From contig DAHVFG010000001.1 in NCBI GenBank assembly GCA_027317125.1, positions 2,816 to 66,815 of the forward strand: DNA of 64,000 nucleotides, written 5' to 3'. Under the pieces are notes generated by a model that did no database searches, had not been told where the DNA came from, and saw only the letters and a list, made by a program, of their open reading frames with translations. The position numbers and the translations under genes were made by a program. Of the stretch, positions 56,490 through 64,000 are shown in pieces. Each line of letters starts with the position of its first letter. The stretch's first letter is position 1. This stretch comes from Chloroflexota bacterium (lineage in GTDB: Bacteria; Chloroflexota; Chloroflexia; QHBQ01; JADMIH01).

Positions 56490-58073
56490 CTAGTCCAGGT
56501 AGCCACGTAGCTTGCTTGCACCGTAGCGGGCATAGCGCAGTTTGCGCAAGATGCGCGTTTCGATCTGGCGGATGCGCTCGCGGGTGATACCGAACTCCTT
56601 AGCCACTTCCTCCAAAGTGCGCGGGCGGTCATCAGTCAGGCCATAGCGCATCTGGAGGATAAGCCGCTCGCGGTCGGTCAGCTTACGCAGTATGTCGTCA
56701 ACTTGCTCTTTGAGCATCTGGCGAGAAGCCTCTTCTTCAGGCGCGCCGGTGCCTTCATCCGGTATGAAGTCGCCCAGGAAGCTGTCTTCTCCTTCTTCCA
56801 TAGGAGCGTCCAGTGAAGCCGGGTGGCGGGCCATGTCGAGTATCTTACGCACCCTTTCCGCGGGCATGTTAAGCGCTTCGCCCAACTCTTCCTCGGTCGG
56901 CTCTCGTAGCAGTAGCTGCTGTAGCTCATGGGCCTTGCGGCGCAGCCGGGTGACCATCTCCGTGACATGCACAGGCAGACGGATCGTGCGGCTCTGGTCT
57001 GATATAGCGCGGGTGATGGCCTGGCGTATCCACCAGGTAGCATAGGTGGAGAATTTGAAGCCTTTACGGTAGTCGAACTTGTCGGCTGCCTTCATCAGGC
57101 CGATGTTGCCTTCCTGTATGAGATCGAGGAGCGACAGCCCACGGCCGATATATCGCCGTGCTATGCTCACCACCAGGCGGAGATTGGCCTGCACAAGCTG
57201 CTCTTTAGCCCGACGGCCTTCCTCTTTGAGCAGCATGCATTCCCGCATGGCTTCCTGGTGCTCTTCTGGAGTAAGCTCACCATCGGCGAGCCGTGCGTCA
57301 AGAGATGCAAGGTCTGCTCCCGCCTTGCGCCCCTGTACCATCTTTTCGGCCAGCGCGCTTTCATCGGGCGATTTGAGAAGGGCGGTGCGCCCTATCTCTC
57401 GCAGGTAGATACGCACCGAGTCGTCGGTAGAGACGCCCTCCATTGAGAGCGCGCGGTCTATGGCTTTTTGAAGATCTTCGGCTCGCTCAACCTCTACCTC
57501 TGCTACTTCATCGGCTGCACGCGCAAGCTCCGCGGCGTCGGGCTCGCTTTCCTCGCCTCCTTCAATCTCTTCCTCTAAAGACACTTCCAGCACCTCAACC
57601 TCGAGGATTTCCAGGTCAAGGTCAATCATGTGGGCGACAACAGGGGTGGAATGGCCGTTACCTTTGGAAGGCGAAATACGACTGGGCCTGGGGGTGCCAA
57701 TGGGGGCTTGCGATACTTCGACTTCATCGAGGCCGAGCTTATCATAAGCCTCATCAAGAAGCTCAACAATGCTCTCGCGGGAAGCTCCGGCCCGGGAGCT
57801 GAGGGTGTCGCTCAGATCAAAGCGCTCCGTAGCGTCCAGGTCGTCGAGGGTGGTGCTACCTCTTTCTCCCTCAGATGCCCCGAGAGTAGGCTCTAAGACA
57901 GGCTCTTCATCAAAAAGGGGAGCGGGCGCGCCATTCACAGGAGCGCTCTTAGCACCGGCTTTACCTTTGCCACGCGGGGGTGCCGGGGTCTCCTTGCTCC
58001 GTGTGGCGGAGGCTGCGCTCTTCTTGGGTCCCTCAGCCGGCTGGCTGTCGTGGTGGTTGGTAGCTTTGGGCAT
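56490..58073 (-). CDS. rpoD: RNA polymerase sigma-70 factor, RpoD/SigA-like (second full-length copy; long Lys/Ala/Pro-rich and acidic N-terminus)
   Basis: SVRIYLREIGRTALL.., [56 protein letters not shown], region 4 EEVAKEFGITRERIRQIETRILRKLR. Confidence 0.85.
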   Translation of the reverse strand: MPKATNHHDSQPAEGPKKSAASATRSKETPAPPRGKGKAGAKSAPVNGAPAPLFDEEPVLEPTLGASEGERGSTTLDDLDATERFDLSDTLSSRAGASRESIVELLDEAYDKLGLDEVEVSQAPIGTPRPSRISPSKGNGHSTPVVAHMIDLDLEILEVEVLEVSLEEEIEGGEESEPDAAELARAADEVAEVEVERAEDLQKAIDRALSMEGVSTDDSVRIYLREIGRTALLKSPDESALAEKMVQGRKAGADLASLDARLADGELTPEEHQEAMRECMLLKEEGRRAKEQLVQANLRLVVSIARRYIGRGLSLLDLIQEGNIGLMKAADKFDYRKGFKFSTYATWWIRQAITRAISDQSRTIRLPVHVTEMVTRLRRKAHELQQLLLREPTEEELGEALNMPAERVRKILDMARHPASLDAPMEEGEDSFLGDFIPDEGTGAPEEEASRQMLKEQVDDILRKLTDRERLILQMRYGLTDDRPRTLEEVAKEFGITRERIRQIETRILRKLRYARYGASKLRGYLD

Positions 58074-58096
58074 TTTCCTTGCTCTTTTTCTTCCGC

Positions 58097-58420
58097 CTAT
58101 TCTACCTCAATGTGCCTTACAGCTTTGTCCGCAGAACTTTGGCGCGGGCTAAACCATTCTTTCCAGAGGCAAAATAGCGCCAGCGTGGCTTCTCTGCCCG
58201 CATTCTTGAGGTGGATACGTGTCTGCTCAGGTAAAATCTGGCCGGGCAGCTCTACAAGGTCTTGCCAGGTGAGTATAGTAGGCTCAGGCCAGACGCTAGC
58301 AGGGATATCCACGCCCGCGCTGCCCGGCGTTTCGACAGGCAAAGTTGGCCCCTGTGCCCCACCTGCCGGCTTCGTGGTTTGCGCATCCGTGCTGCGTCGT
58401 CTCTCTGTAATCGGCTCCAT
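58097..58420 (-). CDS. hypothetical protein (107 aa)
   Basis: ORF ends 23 nt upstream of the sigma factor start on the same strand; no motif. May be spurious. Confidence 0.25.
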   Translation of the reverse strand: MEPITERRRSTDAQTTKPAGGAQGPTLPVETPGSAGVDIPASVWPEPTILTWQDLVELPGQILPEQTRIHLKNAGREATLALFCLWKEWFSPRQSSADKAVRHIEVE

Positions 58421-58488
58421 TACTTACATCCTCTGCTGGGATAACATGATACCACTGCGTTGAGCATTTGTCCAATAAGTTACGACAA

Positions 58489-58641
58489 GTAACTGTTCAG
58501 GGTTGGGGTAGAACAACGTTCAAGATGTAAATGTGCGGGTGCGCCCTCACCCCATGCCCCTCTCCCTTCATGGGAGAGGGGGCTTTCTCCCTGGTGAGTG
58601 TACAGGGGCAAAGCCCTTGCACCTCTATTCTGAACAGTTAC
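58489..58641. mobile_element. MITE/REP-like repeat, family A, copy 3 with perfect 12-bp terminal inverted repeats
   Basis: GTAACTGTTCAG (58489-58500) ... CTGAACAGTTAC (58630-58641). Internal CCCCATGCCCCTCTCCC-TTCA-TGGGAGAGGGGG hairpin. Confidence 0.65.
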
Positions 58642-58725
58642 TATGACGAGTGGTTTTGGACTGAAAGCGGGCCCGGGGTCAGTAGAATGCCGAGGTGGGG
58701 CGTGCAAGAAACCACCAGCCACAGC

Positions 58726-59919
58726 CTACCTTCCCACCCCTAGCCCCTCGTCGGCCGGCTGCACGAAGCTGATGCGTAGCTCGCCCTTCTCCAGTTTGGC
58801 TCCGGCTACCTGTGAGATAGCCAGGGCACGCGGCAAGATGATGTTGCGCTTGTAGTCGCCTACTTGCACCACTAGCTCATCGCCTGTTTGGGCCAGGTCT
58901 ATCTGGTCTTTGCTGGCGAGCGGTAGCGGCATGCGCAGCAGATAGCCCTGCGCCGTCTGCTCTATTGTCTGTGCGTTGCCGTGGAAGAATACGTCTGCGG
59001 GGTTGGCGTCACCAAATATTGCCTGCCCCATCTTGTCCAGCATCTCCACGCCCACCACCTCGGTGTCAAAGAAGGGCACATCGAAAATAGGCACAGGCGA
59101 AAAGCACTCCTCTACCAGCTTGTGGTTGCGCCCTTGTATATCCCGCCAGTGGGCGAAGTAAGGGCCGTCCACCGAAGCAGGGAAGAGGCGATTGCAAACT
59201 ACCATGTCGCATGAATATCCAAAGAGCGACAGGTAGGTGTATGTACGCTGAGCCTCTTTTACAACCATCTTCTCAGCGTTGAGCACCACGCGCACCGATG
59301 TCATCTCCTGGTCGGCCAGCAATCTATGTATACGGTCTAACTGCGTGAGCAAGTGCTTGATAGACTCGAAGACGTTATCTTCGGGCATCGGCATGTCGGT
59401 CACGGCTCGTGCCAGTGGCCTCAGTATCTTCGCGGCTTGCCGCTGCACTGGGAAAAGCTTTTCCAACCACCAGCGCGCTATCTCAGGGAAGGAGAGGAGA
59501 CGCAGTGTGTCGCCTGTGGGAGCGCAGTCTACTACGATAGCATCATAGAGGCCGGAGTCATAATGTTTGACGATGCGCACCAGCCCGGCAAGCTCCTCTG
59601 CGCCGGGCAGCACTGTCATCTCCTCGGCAACTACATCGCCCATGCCGCGCCACGACAGCAACGTTGTAAGGTACTGTTGTAGAGTGACCCAGTAGCGGTC
59701 AACCTCATGTAGCACAGATACCTCTTGCGCCCACAGGTTGGGCGCTACTTCAACAGGTTCATGTCCAAGAGGCACGTCAAAGGAGTCGGCGAGAGAATGA
59801 GCAGCATCTGTGCTCATAACCAGGGTACGGCAACCTAGCTTGGAGAGGCGCAGGGCGGTGGCAGCAGACACACTGGTTTTGCCCACGCCGCCTTTGCCTG
59901 TGTAAAGTATTATGCGCAT
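58726..59919 (-). CDS. ArsA/GET3-family transport ATPase, single-domain, with C-terminal HSP20-like domain
   Basis: P-loop MRIILYTGKGGVGKTSVSAATA, ArsA signature VVDCAPTGDTLRLL; C-terminal about 90-aa beta-rich tail. Confidence 0.8.
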   Translation of the reverse strand: MRIILYTGKGGVGKTSVSAATALRLSKLGCRTLVMSTDAAHSLADSFDVPLGHEPVEVAPNLWAQEVSVLHEVDRYWVTLQQYLTTLLSWRGMGDVVAEEMTVLPGAEELAGLVRIVKHYDSGLYDAIVVDCAPTGDTLRLLSFPEIARWWLEKLFPVQRQAAKILRPLARAVTDMPMPEDNVFESIKHLLTQLDRIHRLLADQEMTSVRVVLNAEKMVVKEAQRTYTYLSLFGYSCDMVVCNRLFPASVDGPYFAHWRDIQGRNHKLVEECFSPVPIFDVPFFDTEVVGVEMLDKMGQAIFGDANPADVFFHGNAQTIEQTAQGYLLRMPLPLASKDQIDLAQTGDELVVQVGDYKRNIILPRALAISQVAGAKLEKGELRISFVQPADEGLGVGR

Positions 59920-60086
59920 AGGAGGATTCCCGATACATCATGTAAAAGCCGGCCGGCATTCCGGCAACCTGTTCCTGAGCGGAGCCACAGCGAGAGCAGA
60001 CATGCAGACAAACGCCAAAGCTAAACTCAGTTGCAGCAATGGAAGTATATTCACCCATTATACAAATGTCAAACGCTAAGCAGGTT

Positions 60087-60290
60087 GTAACTGTTCAGAT
60101 TTAGAGTGGAGCAATCTTCTTGGGGTATCTATGCACCCTCACCTGCCCTGACCCGCCCTCACCCCATGCCCCCTCTCCCCTTGTGGGAGAGGGGGCTTTA
60201 TTGCTGGGGAGTATATCTCCCCTTGTGGGAGAGGGGGCTTTAATCACCCTTGTAACCCCGTCAGGGGATTGCCCCCCCACCCCTAATGTA
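60087..60290. repeat. family A repeat copy 4 (two tandem CCCCTCTCCCC-TTGTG-GGAGAGGGGG hairpins)
   Basis: Begins GTAACTGTTCAGATTTAGAGTGGAGCAATCTTCTTGGGGTATCT (near-identical to the copy 1 left arm). Linker TTTAATCACCCTTGTAACCCCGTCAGGGG is shared with copy 1. Confidence 0.6.
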
Positions 60291-60312
60291 AGGAATCGAC
60301 CCCTTTTTAGGA

Positions 60313-62100
60313 TTACCTGGGAGTGGCAGTTGGGGCTACATAGCTATCCGCGAAGCGCATCCAGAGATAATCTTGGCTATACATGAAGCGTATCACACGG
60401 TCGGCTGTCCAGAGGGCATAGCCATTCTCGTAAGGCTGCCAGGCGGCTGTTGTATTTGTCTCCGGCTCAACTGCCCAACCTAATGCCTGCTGAATACTCA
60501 TCCCTTCTATCGTTTCGTTATAGTAGATTTTGCCGAAGCCGCGCACCGGCGCGTACAGGCCCGCCGGGGGCGTAGCCAGGGGCTGCACCGTAGGATCACC
60601 GTCTCGATAGGTATCTGGGAACGATGCCCAGGTGCCTACCGTATCGTTTGGACCGCCGATAAAGACGTAGATGGTTTGCGTGTCGCCTCTCCAGAACATA
60701 TAGCCGTTCTGGAAGCGCTCTCCGGCTGCGAGCGATATAGCACTTTCGTAAGCCGTTGGGCAGCCCGCTCGGTTGCGCACGACAGGGTTGTTATCCCAGA
60801 TTTTGCCAAAACCATTCACAGGCATAATACCGCATGGCGGAGTTGGTGTAGGCGGAGACGTGACGTGCGGTGTGGGCGTGCTCTTTACAGGCGTGGCGCT
60901 TGGGGTCGCTCGGCGCGTGGGTGTGGGCACGACTGTATGCGTCGGTGTAACTATGGCTGTGGCTGTGGCTGTGCTGCGTGCTGTGGGGGTCTGCGAAGGC
61001 GGCTCCGCTGTTTGGGTTGGCCCGCTGGTAGAGGTGGGCGTCGATGTGTATGTCGCGGCCATCGTAGGCGTAGACGGCACAGTCGTAGCAGTCGCGCTGG
61101 GCACGGTTGTTGGGCTTGCCTTGACAGCTGTGGCTGTGGCTGCTGACCGGACAGGGGTGATAGACGCGACGGTACCCGTCACCTCGGACGGCGCCACAGG
61201 CGTATACTCAGGAGTAATTTGAGCGACTGCGGTATTGCGCGGGCGCGGTGTGTCGGTAGGCGCAGAGGTCGCAGTCGGTATCGCCGTCTTTGTAGGTGTG
61301 CTGGTGGCTGTGGGGGTATAGGCGGCCACAGTGAAAGTCAAAGTAAGAGGTTGCCTGTCAAGCTGCGAGCCATCTACGCCCAGACTGATACGTGGGGCAT
61401 CCACACGAACCTCGTAGCTTGCGCCGGGCTGCCAACGGCCAGCCTTTGGCATCAACGTCAACGCCGGCCCGCTGCCGGTATTCGTAACAGTGATAGATAC
61501 TGGAACTGACACGGGGGGCTTCACATCGGTTTCCCAGAGAGTTGTGTGGCTCACAGCGTCAGCATGGTTCTCAGGATCCGTCATCAACACACGTTTGCTA
61601 AAAAGTACATGTACGGGCTGCGTATATGCGGTGATGGGTGACTCCTCACTCAGCGCGGCAGCAGCTGCGGAGCCATCCTTGCGTACAAGCATCACCACAA
61701 GTACAACAGCCATGACACCAACGAGCAGCGCGGCAGGCAAGGCTCTAGACCAGCCTCTACCTACGTTGCTGAAGGCGGTCGCAAAACTCTGCTTTCTCCT
61801 GGCCTGGGCTGGAGCGAGTAGAGTACCAGGTATGGGACCACGTGCGGGCGCGTTACCGGAGATGCGCTTGCTGCTGTTGCCTTGTGCCTCTATAGCACGC
61901 CACACATCGCGCCGCAAACCGACGGGCGGAATGGGCACGGACAAGGCACGAATATCCGCTCCTATAGCTCTATATTCGGCAAGGCTGTGGCGGCAACTCT
62001 CGCAAGATGCCAGGTGCGATTCAACCTGGACCCGTTCGCCCTGCGTGACCACCCCATCGTAGTAGGCAGACAGCAGTGGCCGGACCTCGTTGCAATTCAT
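60313..62100 (-). CDS. anti-sigma factor: zf-HC2 N-terminal domain, TM helix, Thr/Pro-rich linker, tandem C-terminal repeat domain
   Basis: MNCNEVRPLLSAYYDGVV..HLASCESCRHSL (HxxxCxxC zinc-binding anti-sigma motif); TM ALLVGVMAVVLVVMLV; T/P-rich stretch of about 150 aa; two repeats GFGKIW..NGYMFWRGD / GFGKIYY..NGYALWTAD. Confidence 0.7.
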   Translation of the reverse strand: MNCNEVRPLLSAYYDGVVTQGERVQVESHLASCESCRHSLAEYRAIGADIRALSVPIPPVGLRRDVWRAIEAQGNSSKRISGNAPARGPIPGTLLAPAQARRKQSFATAFSNVGRGWSRALPAALLVGVMAVVLVVMLVRKDGSAAAAALSEESPITAYTQPVHVLFSKRVLMTDPENHADAVSHTTLWETDVKPPVSVPVSITVTNTGSGPALTLMPKAGRWQPGASYEVRVDAPRISLGVDGSQLDRQPLTLTFTVAAYTPTATSTPTKTAIPTATSAPTDTPRPRNTAVAQITPEYTPVAPSEVTGTVASITPVRSAATATAVKASPTTVPSATATTVPSTPTMAATYTSTPTSTSGPTQTAEPPSQTPTARSTATATAIVTPTHTVVPTPTRRATPSATPVKSTPTPHVTSPPTPTPPCGIMPVNGFGKIWDNNPVVRNRAGCPTAYESAISLAAGERFQNGYMFWRGDTQTIYVFIGGPNDTVGTWASFPDTYRDGDPTVQPLATPPAGLYAPVRGFGKIYYNETIEGMSIQQALGWAVEPETNTTAAWQPYENGYALWTADRVIRFMYSQDYLWMRFADSYVAPTATPR

Positions 62101-62154
62101 GAACGCTCCCCCAAAGTGGTACAAAACTCTACTCTAACTCTCATACTCAAGGCT

Positions 62155-62799
62155 CTAACCTTCTAACCGGCTAGGGCTTTCGCCCGTGATAACATCAGGC
62201 TCAGCACCAGGTGCGTGGCCGTACCGCGCCAGGTAGGCCTGCCTGAACTCCTCGCGAGCGCGAAAGAGGAGCGACTTCACTGCCGAGCGGCTTGCCCCCA
62301 TCACCTCGCCTATCTCATCACACGACATCCCCTGATACTCTTTCAAGATCAACGCCATACGGTGCTTGGGGGTGAGCTTGTCCAGCACCGCCTGCACTTC
62401 GCCTGACGTCTCGAACTGGTTGTATTCACCCACCGGGTCGTCATCAGCCGCAGGCTCGATGGCGGGATTGGTGTCAAATGTCTCCCAGGGGAGCCACTTT
62501 ATCAACTTACGCCGCCTCAGCACGTCCATACAGGTGTTTGAGGCTATGCGATGCAGCCATGCCGAAAGGTTGAGGTCGGGGCTCGTGCGAGGCAGCGCCA
62601 TGTACGCCTTGACGAAGGTGTCCTGCGTCAGGTCGTAGGCATCTTCGCTATTCCCCATAAGCCGGTAAATAAAGGCGTAGAGGCGCCGCTCGTAGCGACT
62701 GTAAATCGCTTCGAAAGCTGCCACGTCACCCTCGCGTGCCTTTGCTACCCAGCTTTTCTCATCAATGGACAAGGCGAAACCTTCCATCCGGTGGCCCAC
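62155..62799 (-). CDS. ECF-subfamily sigma-70 factor
   Basis: Region 2 AFEAIYSRYERRLYAFIYRLMGNSEDAYDLTQDTFVKAY; region 4 YQGMSCDEIGEVMGASRSAVKSLLFRAREEF. Confidence 0.8.
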   Translation of the reverse strand: MGHRMEGFALSIDEKSWVAKAREGDVAAFEAIYSRYERRLYAFIYRLMGNSEDAYDLTQDTFVKAYMALPRTSPDLNLSAWLHRIASNTCMDVLRRRKLIKWLPWETFDTNPAIEPAADDDPVGEYNQFETSGEVQAVLDKLTPKHRMALILKEYQGMSCDEIGEVMGASRSAVKSLLFRAREEFRQAYLARYGHAPGAEPDVITGESPSRLEG

Positions 62800-63138
62800 C
62801 TCCTGTTAGTAAAACGGAGACAAAGGTCACAGGTTGCAGAGCTAACTGAAGTTATGGATTATGAATTATAAATTATGAATTGAGAATTACGGTAATCCAA
62901 TTCATAATTGCGGCTTCAGCGGAGAAGGCGGCATGACCTCCTCTGTTACTAAAGGCGAGTGCTACGCAGTACTTTTTGGCTTATCTGGTAGGAGCTACGG
63001 TGTAAACATTTATGGTATCATGAAACGTCGCGTGAAGCATAATGCCGCCTACTTGCGTATATCTGTTGAGACAACAGGAGAGCAAGGAAACACCGTCAGC
63101 ATGAGGCCGTCGATATGAGGCCGTCGATATGAGATTGT

Positions 63139-64000
63139 ATGAGAGCTAAAGAGCGTTATGTAACCGCGCCCGTGCGCGGGCTATGGTGCAACCTGTGCGG
63201 CTCCAGGCTGGCGGGCAAAGGCAGCATGGCCGGTGGCATCATCACCAGGCACCGCGAGGTGCAGTGGACAGAGGCCACGGGCAAGGTTTCTACATGGTCG
63301 CTTTGCGCTCAGTGCTACGCCGAGCGGTTGAGCTGCGCGGCGTGCGGCTTGCAGGTGGGTGCCCAGGCTTTCATGCTTGAGGGCGAAGCTGGTATCTACT
63401 GCAAGCACTGTTTCGAGGAACGCCCCAGATGTGACACTTGCGGCTGCCCTGTAGGTTCGCACTACTGGACACGCTCTGACGGCAGGAAGCTGTGCGACGG
63501 GTGCCAGTCCACCGCAGTCTCCGACCCGGCACAAGCTCATGCTCTCTACAAGCGTGTGCGTTCCTCTCTCGCCCAGCTCCTCGGTATTTCCCTGCGCGAA
63601 CCATGCCAGTTGAAGCTCGCCAACAGACGACAACTCCTTGAGTTGATTGAGAAGTCCTCACTGCACAGCCTGGACGCCGACAGTCGCGGGCGCTGTTTCG
63701 GGCTATTTATTCAGGAGGGGCGGCACAAGGCGGTCTTTGTAGAGTACGGCTTGCCGCAAATTGTGCTGCTCGAAGTGATGGCGCACGAGTACGCGCACGC
63801 CTGGCAGAGCGAGAACTGCCCCAGGGGGATCTTGCCGGAAGTACAGGAAGGATTCGCTGAATGGGCAGCTTACAAACTGCTACAGGCATGGGGTTGCAGG
63901 CGCCGCTCGGAGAGAATGTTGCGCCGGGAAGATATATACGGGCGTGGCCTCAAAAAGATGCTCCAATGGGAAGCAGAAGGCGGCCAGGCAGAGGTCTTCA
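63139..64000 (+). CDS. DA1-like protein: LIM-type double zinc finger + HExxH metallopeptidase domain (3' end beyond window)
   Basis: Cys-rich CAQCYAERLSCAACG...YCKHCFEERPRCDTCGCPV...CDGCQ. Then LLEVMAHEYAHAWQ (HExxH) and EVQEGFAEWAAYKLL, paralleling plant DA1 HEMMHAW...EVEEGICQVLAHMWL. No stop before the window end, so it is absent from the ORF track. Confidence 0.55.
   Translation, partial: MRAKERYVTAPVRGLWCNLCGSRLAGKGSMAGGIITRHREVQWTEATGKVSTWSLCAQCYAERLSCAACGLQVGAQAFMLEGEAGIYCKHCFEERPRCDTCGCPVGSHYWTRSDGRKLCDGCQSTAVSDPAQAHALYKRVRSSLAQLLGISLREPCQLKLANRRQLLELIEKSSLHSLDADSRGRCFGLFIQEGRHKAVFVEYGLPQIVLLEVMAHEYAHAWQSENCPRGILPEVQEGFAEWAAYKLLQAWGCRRRSERMLRREDIYGRGLKKMLQWEAEGGQAEVF

Noticed and set aside
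34404-60290. Possible CRISPR array suggested by the recurring palindromic repeats
   Set aside because: The copies are 1.5 to 22 kb apart, differ in length, lie between unrelated genes and have no regular spacer periodicity or nearby cas genes. They are dispersed MITE/REP-like elements, not a CRISPR.
34456-60386. Small ORFs encoding PSPFMGEGHG / PSPLVGEGAL-type peptides (34456..34701, 36040..36258, 58531..58743, 60120..60386)
   Set aside because: These are translations of the G/C palindromes CCCCTCTCCC..GGGAGAGGGG inside family A repeat elements. The same peptide appears on both strands, which is expected for a palindrome and not for a gene.
63181-63661. Minus-strand ORFs 63181..63633 and 63371..63661
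   Set aside because: Antisense to the DA1-like plus-strand ORF, which carries clear zinc-finger and HExxH motifs.
1-64000. tRNA, rRNA, tmRNA or RNase P genes
   Set aside because: I scanned the intergenic regions by eye for T-loop (GTTCGA/GTTCAA-ATCC) and acceptor-stem patterns and for rRNA-like conserved blocks. None was found. The intergenic regions are short or occupied by repeats and terminators.

Overview
This 64-kb window is a high-GC (~58-60%) bacterial chromosomal segment, dense with genes on both strands. The gene content (several LysM/L,D-transpeptidase and FHA proteins, two full-length RpoD-like sigma factors, an ArsA-type ATPase with HSP20-like tail) suggests a Chloroflexota/Terrabacteria-type genome; that taxon call is inference only.

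Most of the window is housekeeping:
- Translation and RNA: lysS (partial), rsmG, greA, obg, efp, rsfS, and two RpoD-like sigma factors.
- Nucleotide metabolism: pyrC-like, a pyrD-like gene, a fused pyrF-pyrE gene, tdk and hpt.
- Isoprenoid metabolism: dxs and a type-2 IPP isomerase.
- DNA repair: mutS, rnhA and an OGG1-type glycosylase.
- Cell envelope: LysM-L,D-transpeptidase, a secreted GH-A glycosidase, a VanW protein, an FhaA/FhaB pair and a PQQ beta-propeller protein.
- Regulators: an ECF sigma/anti-sigma pair.

I found no rRNA, tRNA or CRISPR array.

The less ordinary content is:
1. Two families of short palindromic intergenic repeat elements with terminal inverted repeats. Each has four copies in the window, and several copies bracket single genes.
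2. An operon made of an AsnRS/AspRS-like catalytic-core paralogue translationally coupled to a DHOD-like gene, a small hypothetical, and a pyrF-pyrE fusion in ODCase-then-OPRTase order. It is preceded by a ~140-nt leader bounded by a promoter and a terminator and carrying a short leader ORF, which could be an attenuator.
3. An orphan Rad52-family annealing protein next to an excisionase-type HTH gene.
4. A bacterial EEF1AKMT1/Efm5-like methyltransferase, followed on the same strand by genes for three membrane proteins.
5. A DA1-like LIM zinc finger plus HExxH peptidase at the window end.
6. A frameshifted SRPBCC gene and an HNH remnant.

Gene starts are often internal to the longest ORFs in the supplied track, which appears to extend to the furthest ATG/GTG/TTG. 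I re-estimated starts from ribosome-binding sites and from homology.
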